DNA of 63,249 nucleotides, filler included, from Collodictyon triciliatum (Eukaryota), in NCBI GenBank assembly GCA_043381765.1. It is 5 parts of 5 records of this genome, joined end to end, with 100 filler letters (N's around TTAATTAATTAA, not from the genome) between each part and the next. Parts side by side here need not be neighbours in the genome. Positions count along the whole stretch, not along the records: positions 1 to 16,246 come from JBHJMP010001562.1; positions 16,347 to 32,598 come from JBHJMP010001564.1; 3 more parts are not named here. One strand, written 5' to 3'. The translations under genes were made by a program, and so were the position numbers. The notes under the pieces were generated by a model. That model did no database searches and was not told the origin of the DNA. It saw only the letters and a list, made by a program, of their open reading frames with translations. This document shows positions 12,093 to 29,800 of the stretch, one piece after another (the stretch's first letter is position 1; every line of letters begins with the position of its first letter).

Positions 12093-15000
12093 TCAGTCTG
12101 TAATTCCATATGCCTCTTTCATGTCCTCTGTGTAATCATAGTCAAACGTGATCTCCTCATTTTCCTCCAGTTTCCTAGTTTTAATTGATTCAGTACCACA
12201 CATTTACATAGAAAAATTGGAGGAAAAAAAAAAGGAGCAATTAAATGAAATAGTTTTTTTCTAAGTATTTGCATAGATAAGTATGAAAACCTTGATGCGA
12301 ATACTCCTATGAGATACTTGCCGGAAACGAAATATGCTTTTACGTAGCAAGACGGCCGTGATGAATGGTTTGAAAACCGAACCTAGATTCGATCAATTGC
12401 TTAGAAAGTGACAATAAAAAAATCCAAAGAAAAAAAGGGAAGGAAATGGAATGGAAAAATAATAGGAGTCTCACTGAAAGTATGATATGGTTCGTTCAAA
12501 TAACTATTCGATGATATGTTTTATTTACTCATAAACCTCATTTCCTAGGCGATAGGCATCAATGTCATGGTCGCTTGTGAGTCGAAAAATGTACGTCTTT
12601 TTGGTTTTTGCGTAAAAGTTCTCTCTCTTATCTGAGGCTTTGTCGGTAATGTACTGTTTATAATGTATTGAATTAAAACATATATTAAAGGTACTCAAAA
12701 CAGAATGGTGATAATATAAAGGCATGTAGAAATGAGGATAAAAAAGAAATGGTTTATAGACTTCGCCTGTATATTCCATGATAAGGTCATCCTTGGCTGC
12801 TTTCTCGGCCAGAAATATAGCCCAACCAGCCTCAGCAATTTTTGATTTCGACAAATAAACTTTCTTGAACCTAGATATATATATATTCACTAAGGATGTC
12901 GTTCATTTGTTTCAACATAGATAGTGTTGTATTATATTTACATGGTTTGCCGATGTTGGTGATTGCAAATGAAATTGTTAGTTATTACATATAACATATG
13001 GCGGGAAAAATTGGAGGGGAAAATGTGAGAAATATTTTCGTACATATGATTCCGAAGTTTTTGATTCTGACACTGACTATCGTCTGTTTTGCAGCAATCA
13101 CACAAATCTGGGTCGCATTCCATTTCATATGACTTGCACGTACAGCTTTTGCAACCACATTTCCCTTTACATCGACATCCAGTATATCGAAAACGACAAT
13201 TGGGCTCACAACGACAGAATTTTGTGCATAAATGGGATGAGTTTGGGCACATGCAGACAGAAGAATCACAGGGCCCTTCATGAGAGCATGGCAAGTAAGA
13301 GGACCTTAAATTTTCAAAAGATGCGTTTTGTTTCAATAAACGAATCTCTTGTCTGGCTGTAATCTTGGCATTTCTTTTTCTACCCAATGGAATAGGGTTC
13401 ACTTGGAGACTTCTTTCTTGAATGCACGATTTGATCTCTGCCTCAGATTTTGTTCTTATAAACCTTTGCAAACTATTTAGGTCTGACCCAGAGAATATTG
13501 CCAATCCGCGGAGAAGCAATCCCCATTCATCTTCATTCCAACCTTGTTTGATTATTTGTTGTCATAATAATTAAGTATGGAGTATTCTGATCAAAACTAA
13601 ACTTTTTTTTTTTAAAAAAAAAGAAGCCTCAAATAGACTTTTCTTCACATGTAAAATGAATTAGTCCCAGGTATACACAAACGACATTCTTGCAGTAAGT
13701 TTCTAAAAAGAAAAAAAGAAGTTACTTGGTGGCGGCGCCGTATTCGAGGCCTATGTAATGACGATGTCATAAGATTATTATTATTATTTTATCGGATTTG
13801 GTGAATACTTGTTTAAATTTAAGTTGAATGAATGTGTTGTTTGTTTCTTGTGAATTTTGGATTTCTTGATTATGAAGAAATAAAAAGTTCCACCTCATCA
13901 AGCAAGCTGTGGTTTACCAAAGACCAATGCTTTTCTGAAGAAAAATCTGCCAAATATGGGTGGTGTTGACAACAATATGTCATGCAAATGATGCAAAAGT
14001 GTTTCCTAGAAAAGGTTGACCGAATGATGTAAAGGAGGTAAAATTCAACCAACCAACTTCATAAGCAAAAAATCTTCTTCCTCTTCTTCTCTTTTTTTTT
14101 TTTTTTCAATCGAAAGGGTGTGTGCAGGCGATTCAGGGGAATTGAAAATGAATATATAATTTAAAAGGAAACCCCACGGTCCTGCACAAGAATTGAAAGG
14201 AAGAATAAAAAAAAATTTAATAGGAAAAAATTATCAAAATAATGATTCAGTTACCTGACTGTTTTGGAGTACAAGACTGGATGGCTGCATTTTAATTTAG
14301 TTATTAAAAAGAGGATATAATGCAAGGAATAAAACTGTGTGTGTTTGTAAAATGATAGCAAAGAATCGTACTCTGGTATCTTGTCCCTATCAATCAATTC
14401 TTGTTCTTTTTTTCTTATTTCTAGAAGGATTCCATACCTATCGGTTGAGTATTATTATTATCATTATATTTACTTTTATTATTTAGGTGTTTGTAACCTT
14501 GAATTAAAAAATTAAAGAAAAAAGTGTTTAAATTTATATATATCTATGACCTTTCTTGAATTTTTTGCGTAGCTACTCGATAGTTGGCTCCGGATTCAGT
14601 CAGTAAATTTGCAAAGCACTTTACTGTTTTGTACAAATAGATGCATTTATCCATAGTAAAATCCTCGGGATTAGAGAACGACTCTAGAATGATTTTATCT
14701 CTGACAAAGTCTGATTCAAGTACGAAATCAAGAAGTTCTGTAATTATTTCTTTTTTTAAAAAAGGGATCACTTTATAGGGAACCAAAATAAACCAATAAT
14801 GAAAGGAATATAATTCATTTGAGTGGCGAACAATGAGTCAAACGCTAAATTTTTTTAGTTTCCTTGTATAACTGTTTTTCATCTTACTTTCCTCAGATCC
14901 TTTTTTGGATGCTTTGTGCCGTTTGAGTGCATTTCCTTTACACCCTCTATCCGTACTTAATGAGGATGAATCTGAATTCGATTCTTGCTCTTCACCGGAA

Positions 15001-15349
15001 TCAGAGTCTGTGCTATCTTTGGCCTAACATGTGTTTTTTTTTTATATAGGAATGCCCATCTCCATGAAGCAAAATAATGATGACTTAAATGTGTAACTGA
15101 TAAATATTTGTATCAAGCGAACTGATGAATGAATCTTACAGGAACAGACCGGATGACTTTTGTCCATGCCACCCCATCAAGGACTTTTACTGTTTGGTTA
15201 AGATGTAAATGAAGCGTTGATGGAGTTGGCAAGGCATCTGATTCGATGCGCGGTATTTGCAAAGAGATTGAATTCCCGATGGCTTCACGCGCGGAGTAAG
15301 ATCGAGACGCATAAGATACATGTGCAAGACGATTCCCAGCTATTGATTG
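12093..15349 (-). CDS. E(z): Enhancer of zeste-like histone methyltransferase (MCSS/SANT-CXC-SET), divergent; first exon not resolved
   Basis: FCIICMTYCCQHH (MCSS), SANT2-like WNEDEW..RFIRTKS, CXC PCSHEGPCDSSVCMC...CTKFCRC...GCRCKGKC...ECDPDLC, SET GWAIFL...IMEYTGE...YIFRL...DAYRLGN|VRFSNHS...EEITFDYDY, stop TGA at 12093-12095. Confidence 0.88.
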
Positions 15350-15694
15350 CTGTGGCGTGCGATGAAATGAAGCAAAATTTGCAAAACATATATAGAAAAA
15401 AAGTTAAAAAGAACAAGAAAGAGAGAGAGGCAGAGAAAATAATATCAGTAAGAATAATGTAATTGAATGGATAATAATGAAAGCAATCTTATTAATAAAA
15501 AACATTAATATATTCGGGGAAGCCCGGAGCGCTTCATGGATGAACAATCACGCGTGGGATTTATAAGTGACGTTTTCTTTTCTTTTCTTTCTCTTTTTTT
15601 TTTTAGCAGAGCCAACAAAGCCACAACAACAAGGAGAAAGTAATGATGAATGAAACAAGGAATGAATAATAATTAGTTTGAAATATGAACGTAA

Positions 15695-15765
15695 AGAAAA
15701 AGAAAAAGAAAAAGAAAAAGAAAAAGAAAAAGAAAAAGAAAAAGAAAAAGAAAAAGAAAAAGAAA
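15695..15765. repeat. (GAAAAA)n repeat
   Basis: Tandem hexamer. Confidence 0.9.
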
Positions 15766-16158
15766 AGAAGAGGAAAAATATTCGAAAAGACATCAGTAAC
15801 AACAGCATAGCAAGAAAAGCAGACTCGCCTTGCGAAGTAGTTCAGCATGCTCGAGTAAGGCCACAACCCGCTGCTCCCAATCCCCCACAACCTCTACGGA
15901 AGCATCAGAACGCAAACCCGGCGAATCCTCGTCAGCACGTTTCTTCCCCAGCATCCAGACAACAAGCCACGGCTAAATCCCTATACGGCAGAGCCGTCCA
16001 ACACGCATCAACCACACATCCCCCCCCAAAAAAAGCTGAAAAGCTGAAAAGCTGAAAGAAAGAAAAAAGGAATGAAGAGGACACTCCACGCACGAAATGA
16101 CGCAGCGAGGCAAACACACACACACAAACACACGTCAGACGAATCAGCCCATCAGCGC

Positions 16159-16246
16159 CAAAAACAAAAACAAAAACAAAAACAAAAACAAAAACAAAAA
16201 CAAAAACAAAAACAAAAACAAAAACAAAAACAAAAACAAAAACAAA
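16159..16246. repeat. (AAAAAC)n repeat at contig end
   Basis: Tandem hexamer running into Ns. Confidence 0.9.
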
Positions 16247-16346
16247 NNNNNNNNNNNNNNNNNNNNNNNNNNNNNNNNNNNNNNNNNNNNTTAATTAATT
16301 AANNNNNNNNNNNNNNNNNNNNNNNNNNNNNNNNNNNNNNNNNNNN
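16247..16346. other. Artificial contig linker N44-TTAATTAATTAA-N44
   Basis: Identical 100-nt spacer occurs four times and contains stops in all six frames. Confidence 0.97.
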
Positions 16347-16833
16347 AAAAGAAAATAAAATAAAATAAAATAAAAGAAAAGAAAAGAAAAGGAAAGGAAA
16401 GGAAAGGAAAGGAAAGGAAAGGAAAGGAAAGGAAAGGAAATAAAAGAAAAGAAAAGGAAAGGAAATAAAATAAAATAAAAGAAAAGAAAAGAAAAGAAAA
16501 GAAAAGAAAAGAAAAGAAAAGAAAAGAAAAGAAAAGAAAAGAAAAGAAAAGAAAAGAAAAGAAAAGGGAAAATCAACGACGGAGTTTTTGATCTATTATT
16601 TTTTATACAAAGAAAATATTCAGTAAGAATAATTCATGGCACGGTGCGCTCGAGAAGCCGTACAGATGTTTTCTTTTTTTTTTTTTCTTGTTTTTATTTT
16701 TGTTTTTGTTTTTTTTTTCCCCCCCCCCCCCCCCTTCGTCGTCTCCTTTTAACATTTTGTTCGTCTGTTTTTCCTCTCACTCGTGTTTGCAACATTGCCT
16801 CTAGTAATAATTTAAACCATATCCACTCGACAG

Positions 16834-19800
16834 GGTCCCTGAGTTTGTCCAGGAAAAGCGCTTCCACAACTGGTTGCGTGATGCCCGTGATTGGGCTATC
16901 TCTCGAAACCGTTACTGGGGAACACCAATTCCTATCTGGTCTAATGAAGATGGCTCCGAGGTTTGTGATTTATTTCAAAACTCGTCTCTAAGCAATATGC
17001 ATTTCACACTTATATCTTCAAACCCATGGGCCATTTGTAGATTGTTGTTGTTGGGTCCGTGGAAGAACTTGAGAAGCTGACCGGGAAGCGACCGACAGAT
17101 CTGCACAGAGAATTGTATGGCTATAAATAATCATCATGATTGCACGCATGCTATGGACCACTATGATCAGCATTTTACACATCAGACTCACGCAGCCATC
17201 ACTACCTAGCATCGACGACCTTGTCATCCCCTCGTCAAAGAATCCGGGCACTTTTCTCAAGCGCATTCCTGAAGTCTTTGACTGCTGGTTCGAAAGCGGA
17301 AGGTAAATATACCAAAGCGCAGTTTCTTTTCGGCAGTGATGAAACATCTTCATGAAACGCTTATGCCATGGAAGTGTGCCAAGAATTGATGTGTTGCTCC
17401 GTCATTATGTATATTTTTAACGAGTACATCATTTACTCATAGCATGCCCTATGCGTCTATCCACTATCCCTTTGAGAACAAGGAGCGTTTCTCTGCCATC
17501 TACCCTGCCGACTTTATTGCCGAGGGATTGGATCAAGTATGCATATCTAGTCTACATTCTTATTCATTATCGTAACTTAGGGACATCCTGCTTAGTCATC
17601 AACTTTGTTCACACATCATCTGCACTCAATAATGAAGCCAGATTGGGGAAATATAGCTCTTTTTTTTTTCTTTTTTTTTTTGTGGAAACAATTTCTGTGC
17701 CGCAAGAAGAGGCCACGGAGAAACTCGCTCCATGATTACGTCATAGCAACTCATTAAACTCTTGATTTGATAGACTAGAGGATGGTTCTACACTCTCCTT
17801 GTGTTGTCCACTGCCCTCTTTGACCAGCCACCTTTCAAAAACCTTATTGTAAATGGCCTCGTTTTGGCAGCGTAAGGCGCATTCAATTTCGAAAGATTAA
17901 TTCTGAACAACTCATAGCAAAAGATCACGTCCGAAATGGTATTTGTTACAGACATGTCAATCTTTTATTTATGCTAGCGACGGAAAGAAAATGAGCAAAC
18001 GCCTGAAAAACTACCCTGAACCCACTATTGTGATTGACGAGTACGGTGCAGATGCAATCAGGTGTTTACACTCGATATAGTCACGCATTTAGTAAATGAA
18101 TTGGTGAACTTGAGGACGGATATTAAAGCCTCAAAATCGATGGTTGATGATGGATTGTATCACTCATTTGTTTTGTTGACTGATTTTTGCAGACTCTACC
18201 TCATCAACTCTCCAGTGGTGCGGGCCGAGCCTTTGCGTTTCAAAATCGAAGGTGTCCGTGATGTGGTCAAAGACGTATTCCTACCTTGGTTCAACGCGTA
18301 CCGCTTCTTCATTCAGAACGCCCGCATCCTTGGAAAGGTTGCCATTTCCATACCTTCATCTTGAATCCCCCCTTTTTCTTCAAACTTACAACTTATACAG
18401 CGCTTTGAGATTGGCCCATCGCCTGTCGCCAACTCGACACACGCATATGCCATGAACCACTTTAAATCACATACGTTTGACCACCAACCACAGACCACCG
18501 GGAAGCCCTTTGTCCGAGATGAGGCCCTTGCTTACCAGTCGACAAACATCATGGACCGATGGATCATCGCTGCTACACAAAACCTGATTGCCTACGTGCG
18601 AGAAGAGATGGCTGGTAATATCATTTTTTTCTTCGCTTCTGAGATGATGCACCATAGTCCCTGATCAAAATTTCTATAAAGAATAGAAATAAAAGTAAGC
18701 CGGGTTTTTCGTATTAAAAGCATACTATCATTTAATACATTAGCATATCGCCTGTACACTGTCGTCCCGCGCTTGGTGAAATTCATCGATCAGCTCACCA
18801 ATTGGTACGTACGCTTCAACCGCAAGCGTCTCAAGAATGCCTTTGGAGAGGAGGACTGCCGCGCAGCCACATCCTGCTTGTACGAAGTGTTGTACAGCCT
18901 CTGCTTGCTCATGGTCGGTACTCAAGTCTACCGCAATATTGCATCCTTTGTACCATCTTTTACCCGAGTAATTCAGTACCATGCAAACCCCAGGCACCCT
19001 TCACGCCTTTCTTGGTTGAGATGATGTATCAGAACCTCAAGGTCGCGCTGCCCTCCGACCAACAGCAAGAAAGTACTTTCAAGCACGACCCCTTATTGCC
19101 AATACCGTATATTTATCGAACAATCACAGTCCGAAAATAAAATACCCCATTTTCTTACATCACAGGTGTGCATTTTGGCCTCATTCCAGAGGTCAAAAAA
19201 GAGGCCTTGGATACTCGCATCGAAGAAGCCGTGACTAGAATGCAAAATGTCATTATCATCGGCAGAGCTATCCGCGACCGGAAGACACTTCCATTAAAGG
19301 TGCGCCCAAATACGCTGCAACCACCTTTGATCATCATAACGCTATAATGGCAGATGAATTACTTTTTCCATCCAAAATTGCAATTTCCGTTGTTCATCAC
19401 TCGAAAACTAGATCGTCGACTATGCGCTTATTATTACCTTTTGCTTCTTCCTATACTGATATGCCCTAGACCCCTCTGAGAAGTGTCACAGTCGTGCACA
19501 GAGATGCCACCTATTTGACTGACATCAACAACCTTTCAGTGTATATTAAAGAGGTTTATATACCACAGATGACTTCTTATAATATGCTCTGTCTGCATTA
19601 TCTGGAAACACAAACCCACTTATATTCTACTGGTTTTCCATCCTTCGTTTATACCATTGTATTTTTTTTCCTCTCCGTCGACGAGATAATTGGCGGAAGC
19701 TTTTATATTTTCTTTTTTTTTTAAAAAAAAAAATAAAATAATCGCATCTCATGTAGGAACTGAATGTCCGGGATGTCCACACAACTGCTGATGAGAACAA

Positions 19801-21734
19801 GTTCATCTCCCTAACAGCAGAGACAGATAATAAGGTTTGTAAATAAGGATCTCTAACTTGAAATTGCTTGACAATTCATATATCGCTGTCTTTAGAAGAC
19901 AACGAGTCATGCATGATTCATCCTTAATGTAAGGACTGAGAACAGCATGAAAGGTTGTTTTTTTCTGGCTAAATTCTATAACACAACGCAATACATAAAT
20001 CAGGCTCTTGGTAAGCGCCTTGGCAAAGAGCTGAAAGCAGTGTCCCAAGCTGTTGCAGGTGGCTGTTATTTTTTTCATTCAGGATATCACACGGAACCAT
20101 TACATTCATACATATACAGCACCCAATTGACTGGCTCTTTAGCACTCAGCGCAATCTAATTTGTCTCCTTAGCTCTCACTCACGAGCAGATTGTCGAGTT
20201 CCAGACAACAGGAAGCATCGTCGTTTTGAGTCATACGCTCTCGGCATCAGAAATTAAGGTATTCCATCGTTTCAGTGTATTGTGTCTATGGAAGCTTTCC
20301 GGGTACAATTAGTAGGTGAAACTTATGGAACTTTATGTTCGTGGTGGGCACCAAAGACAATCTTCGATCTCACCACATTGTCACCCGACTCAAGTCTGGA
20401 AATAAATTTAGTTGAATCGCAGCTTCAAGTCTTCCGGAGAGAACTCTAAGCTCGAGTCAGGAACTGGTGATGAGGGTTTGCTTCTACTGCTCGACTGTGA
20501 GCAGGACGCAACACTCCGTGCCGAGGGCATCGCTCGTGACATTGCAAACCGAATCCAGAAGCTCAGAAAGAAGGTTTTGCGATTGCGTCTCTGACTTATC
20601 TCACCCGCACTTCCATCTACCTTTCCTACTTTGCTCGAAGAACTCTTTTGTCTGGTGATTGATTTTGCCAGTTCTGTTGCTGTATCAGATGACCCTATTT
20701 CTCCTCATATTTTGTCCTCATGACACCAAGATATCTTATAACGCAACATGCCCATAACGGAGCGCACTCACACAGGCTGGGCTTAATGTGGAGGACACCA
20801 TCGAAGTATACTTTTCGTACAACAAGGCCCAGAAGAAGGACGGCCACGGAAAGCACCAAGGTTAGAAATGCATTTAAGTCTCTGTCGGAAGCGTGCGAAC
20901 GGCTAGGAAACTATCAGGGCTAGACAAAAAGGACATTTTATGCTTACAGACATCTCCATCCTGCCTATCAACCAGGTGACGAAGAGGACTCCCAAGCAGT
21001 CACGTTCGATGAACTTGTCAGCGTTCTGGCCACGCAAGGCAGCTATGTGCGCACTTTGGTCAACAGCCCGTTCCTCCCAGTCGAAAGGGCTCCGGCCTAT
21101 GGGGTGCGCATCATCTCCGAGAACGTTGAGGTACGTGCACTCATGCGTGGATTCTGTGAACAAACTCCATCTCCCCACGTCGATCATTCTTACTTTGTAG
21201 TTTCTGTCATCGTTATGTACACATTTGGTATTCCCCGGTACAAACATCCAACCAAATACATAACGAATTATGAACTGCCGCAGTATGCAGATGTCGAGTT
21301 GAAGCTAGTGATTGTTCGCTCATGCGTCCACTTCAACGAGGAAGCCATGGCAGAGGTTCTTGGTGCGGTGAGTCTGCTGTTACAAAATGCCCAAAATATG
21401 CCCTAATTATTGGTTTTATCATTATCATTATTATCATGTTCACCTGTTCCATTGAATGTATCACACGCTGGCTGGCGGATTCAGGGCGAGGATGCTACTA
21501 GGCTGCTTGTGTCGGTGAAGGTGATGCTGTCAAACATGGATGTGCGGCGCTTGAAGGCGGCTGCGACAGGTCAGACACAGTCTTTTATCGCTTCCCTTTT
21601 GGCCTGACTCTCACTAACATGTGTGCGCCTCCACAACTGCAGCCAACTCAATCTTTGGCTTCACGCTCGATGGGAAGCAGCTGTCTGTGGAGTTTGGGAA
21701 GCACGTTGCATTCGCCCCGTTCACGACAAACTAA
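16834..21734 (+). CDS. IARS1: Cytosolic isoleucyl-tRNA synthetase, 5'-truncated by the contig edge
   Basis: [91 protein letters not shown]; many GT-AG introns; stop TAA at 21732-21734. Confidence 0.96.
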
Positions 21735-21916
21735 GAGAAGGACAAACGGGACTTGCCCTCTGAAGACAACACAGAAACGAGAAGCAACAAAACAGCAATA
21801 AAGATACCAGTGCCCCGGGAATCCTTGCGCCCTCCCTGGAAGAGCGCGTGTTGTTTTTTGAGATGGTCTCTTCGTGCGCGTGTCTAGGTAGTTTGTCCGC
21901 AGAATGAGTGAATGTT

Positions 21917-25035
<3,119 letters not shown>

Positions 25036-25209
25036 TTATGGCAACGTTTATCGCCGCGTTTTCTATGTCTCCGCAGCGTAAATGGAAAAGATCCGTTAGA
25101 TGAGGGCTGGGGACCCCCTTTGGACTGCGCCAATAATAGGCCCAGCGCCCGTGTTTGGTGGGTTGTGTGGGGGAGGCGTTAGATGGCTCGTGGCATCGTT
25201 AGTGCGGCA

Positions 25210-26389
25210 CTAATAGTCTTCGGGGGGCGTGATGAGGCCCAGGGTTACATCCAGCGGGACGTCTTGGCTAAGGGTTACGCCGGTCTCGGTGGTGAGTCCC
25301 AGGGGCACGCTGTAGCCTTTGTCCACAACACCCTTCAGGTTTGGAGGTTCGTTGAAGAACCCGCTGGGCTTTGGGACGTCAGTTGAGGGAGATATAAAGG
25401 TTGTGCATGAGTGATATCAGATAGCGAGATTGTATTCAAATTTATGCGCAATTTAAACATTTCATATAAGTATAATCAATAAAAAGAATATAAAAAAATC
25501 ATGGATGGTTAAAAAAAGAAAAGAAAATGTGTTATTAGACACAACAAACCTTAAGAGACTCAGTATGGATGCTGAGGACCACTTTTTTGCCATTTGACGT
25601 CGGTATGTCGATATCACATCTAGGTGATATCAGCAATGTCTTGGAATTGGTGGAATGTGAGCCGATCACTGTGTCGCTTAGAAAGCTTTTTTTGTGCAGC
25701 TCAAACTTCGCATTCACACACGTTTCCGATGGCGCCACGAGTCTAACCAGATGCGATATTGTCACCCTTAGTGCATATTCATGAATCTGATTCATAAATC
25801 ACATTCGAGATATTAAAAAACCAGCCTTTTTTTTTTTGAGGAGACAACCTACATTTCGATTTCAGAAAACAAAGGAGCCTTCCCATTTATCGGTCTATGG
25901 ATTGGAACTGATAGACGTTCGGACTCAGTAATGATGGTGATGTACATGTTCGCTAGCATGTGGTTTGGTGGTTATGTTGTTTGCATGAGAAATAATTATA
26001 CCAAATATGTATTGTATCCACATTTGAAATGAAGAGGCTCAGATATATTCACCAAATGAGATAATAGAATCTTTTCTTTGAACATATATATTAATATCTC
26101 TAGTTTACTCTGAAAACACCATGTTTAAAACTCACACATCCATGTTGCTGGTAGCCCAGATATCTCTTCAACTATTTTGTTTTGGAGTTTTAAGGTTTTC
26201 ATTAGTATCAGAATAAAATGGCACGTATATGTACTACAAGAATAATTTATTTCTAATTTATGGAGAAGAGAATGAGAAAGAGAGCCAACAGAAGAAACAG
26301 AAGAAACAGAAGAAACAATGAAAAGTGAAAAGGAAACGTACTAAACACGGGTTTGACTTACGCTTGATTTTGATTCCCTTCTTGCCCAT
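25210..26389 (-). CDS. Small C2-domain-like protein (5 exons)
   Basis: Spliced MGKKGIKIK|LEEISGLPATWM|SNMYITIITE...GKAPLFSEIE|MVTIS...AKFELHKKSFLSDTVIGSHSTNSKTLL...|PSGFFNEPPNL...PPEDY*. The strand pattern resembles a C2 fold, apparently without the full set of Ca-binding Asp residues. Confidence 0.55.
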
Positions 26390-26664
26390 TCTGATAGGAA
26401 CTTGAGGTAGTTAAGCAGCGATAGTGGCCGAGCGGTAAATAAGCTTGAACTTCTCGCCAACAGGCTTAGAGCCGATCTCAACTCGAGCACAGCGAAAGGA
26501 GCCTTCTGTGTGTAACAGCAGGAAGGTTTATTGTTCGTATGCCGCCAGGTGTCAGGGAAATCAGACGAATGACAAATAACGCATGTATTTCTTATTTTGG
26601 ATATGCCAACTAAGGGCGCAGACTGAAGGCTAAAAATGTCAAACCACATAAACAAACCACATAA

Positions 26665-26728
26665 CAAAAACAAAAACAAAAACAAAAACAAAAACAAAAA
26701 CAAAAACAAAAACAAAAACAAAAACAAA
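26665..26728. repeat. (AAAAAC)n repeat
   Basis: Tandem hexamer just downstream of the NLR-like gene. Confidence 0.9.
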
Positions 26729-26809
26729 CCACATAATTGCACAAAAAAGGGGTTTTGACCTGTATGAATATAAGAACGATTCATTTATCGAGAAATTGAT
26801 GGAGGGAGC

Positions 26810-29800
26810 TCATTTCAATGTTTCTGACACACCAGCACAACTGTCCAATTCGCTGGCCTTTTCCAGGTCAACATTTACGCCCAAACCATCTCGATAAAAG
26901 CGAGCTAAAGCCGCACACCCCGAAGGGTGGCTAAGGCTGACAGATTTTTCGTACCATAAGCGTGCATTTTCGAGGCTTTTCTCCACACCCGCCCCTTCTT
27001 CAAAGCATTGGCCGAGGTTGAACATCGCTTCCGCATCACTATTTTCTGCGGCCTCCGTGTATAGTCGGACAGCTTCTTGTGCATCCATTTCAATCCCTTT
27101 TCCTTCACGAAGACAGTGAGCGAGATTAACCCTTGCGTCATTATCTCCCCCTTTGACTGCCTCGCGGTACCAATAGACCGCCTGGCTAGCATCCGCATCC
27201 ACACCGGTTCCATTTTCATAGCAGGCACCAAGGTTCACTTGAGCGTCAGTGTGCCCATTTGTAGCTGCTGGAAGGAGCCAATGGATAGCATTTGCACAGT
27301 CAAGAGCTACACCAACCCCATTCAGCAGACACATGGAATACCTGTATTGAGCCACAACATGACCACATTTAGCGGCGTGGAGGTAAAACTCAGCGGCCTT
27401 TTCAAGGAAATTGTCTTGGCCGCTACTCATCCCACAGTATAAATCCGCAAGAGCCACAGAGGCGTCCAAACTACCAGAGTCAGCTGCTCGTTGGTACCAT
27501 CTGATAGACTCTGGTATATTTATTTTCTGAAATTTTTCATCAGAGTAATAATCTCCCAATGCCATCTGGGCGTCAACATCACCAAGCTTTGCAGCAGACA
27601 GGAAGAAAGACAAGGCCAAATCCCTGTCAATGGAAACTCCAAGACCTTTCATATAGACCATACCAAGACGAAACTGAGCCGATGCATCTCCTTTGTTAGC
27701 GGCTTGTTCGTACCAATAGATAGCACGGGAGCATGATTGCTCAATTCCAAATCCAACTTCATAGCAAAACGCTAAGCGAATCTGGGAGGGGGGATAGCCT
27801 TTAGATGCAGATAGCTGGTACCAGAGCGATGCTTTTTCCGGATTCTTATTTACAACAGTTCCCGACTCATAAATTAATCCTATCTCGTGTTGCGACTTCA
27901 GGTCACCTTTGACTGCTTGTATTTCTTTCCAGTGGAGCTCACAGCGACCGTGAATAGCCTCAGCCTCAATGTTCATTTCTTCAATCATTTCTATGTGTTG
28001 TTTGTCTAGATCTCGTAGCCCAGTTATGTTCACCATCTGATTATTGACAAACATTCCTTGTCTCTTTGAGGTCCATTTCATGCACAAATTCAATTTTGAG
28101 GAATCAACGTCTCTGCATAAATCATAGCATTCCACTCTTCCTGATATGTCAACAATTAAAATAGATGCGTTATCATCCAAAACTTTCAACAGCTGTACTT
28201 GTTTGAAAGGCAATTTGTACTTGTTTGAAACATCATCGCTACACACTTCCCAAAATCCCAATTGACCATCACTGTCTAAGGTAAGTAAAACATACGACTC
28301 ATCACAAAGCTTACACAAATTGACTGACAAAAGACGACTCATTTTCAAATGCCCTTTTTTAAGGAGGGCAAAATCTCTGATTCTCCATCTCTGTATTATA
28401 CCATTGGCCTCCACGGAAGTAAGGACGGATTCGTTCCCGAATGACGAAATAAACGGAATGAGAAATATATCCAATATCGGAGAATTTCCACCTTTGTAAG
28501 AGAATATCATATCCTGAGACTCTAAATTCCAAACATACACGAACCCATTGCTGGATCCGGCAATAATCATAGAATCGTCTCCAGGGTCATTTGTATGTGA
28601 TTTTATTGCTACGATTCTAGCATGTCGATCTCCACTGGAGAGTTTCTTTATCTCCAATCCTGATTCCAGCTTAACAATTGCAATATTGGTATGGTCGAGG
28701 CCAAAAGCTATTCCAGTGGCATCTTTAGATAATTTAACCGGAGACGCGCAGTAAACAAAGCCATATTTTCGATTAATCCAAACTTCATCTGTGTTCACGA
28801 CCGTCCAAAGACGAGTAGAGCCATCTTCGCTAGAGGATAATATTAAAGGTAAAGAATTTTGAACCTGAACGATGCAAAGCAGCTTCGGTGCATGAGAATG
28901 TCCAATTAATTTTCTTATCTGCTTTCCATCCGATGCCTGCCATAAACAAATTGTGCAGTCTTGTTCTGAAGTGACAAAGTATTGATGCTCGTCATGGCAG
29001 AATGAAGCGATGCAAACCACTCTTCCCTCGTAAATATTAACATTATTATCATCAGAAAGATATGAGACGGAAGACATCCTTGCAAATCCTCCAATAGATG
29101 AGACCACAATAAAGATTTCACCTTGGAATAAAAATGAGTATATTTGCGTTGGCACGAAATCGTTAAACCTATACTCGTATAGATAATCCGATTGATTCAG
29201 ATTGTAAACACATACGGTATTGTCTTGATAGAGAGCTGTCACCAGATTATCATCCGTTTTGGTACTTACAACGGGCTTTAAGAGTTTGATTGCCACATGT
29301 TTATTTTTTAAACGCTTATGAATGGTCCATGTTTTGACATCCCATACAATAATAGAGCCATCTTCACAGCCGGCGAGGAGATAATGATTTCTGTTTTGAG
29401 TGGGCTGGGATTCTATGAGCAAAATTTTTGAGGTTGTCTGCAAAATTTTCTTTTTCGCAAAAGAGGTCAGCTGGTGGATGCACAGGGTATTTGAGGATTC
29501 GCATGTGACAAACAGACACAGCTCGAAATTATCTGAATTTTCAATAAAATGGTACAACATCGTCTTATCCATGTTAAAGGTATGCTCTGCACAAATCTCA
29601 AGCGAGTTCCATTCGAAAATGCGAACAACAGAATCATATGTAGCTACTATAATTTTACTCAATAACTTCATACTGTCCATATACAGATGGACGAAATATA
29701 TAGGCGATGTAAGTGTAATCACTTCTGTCATGTGAAAGTTATCTGTATTAAGTAAAAACAACGTCCCACCTGATGTACCAACCAAGACTATATCTCTAGA

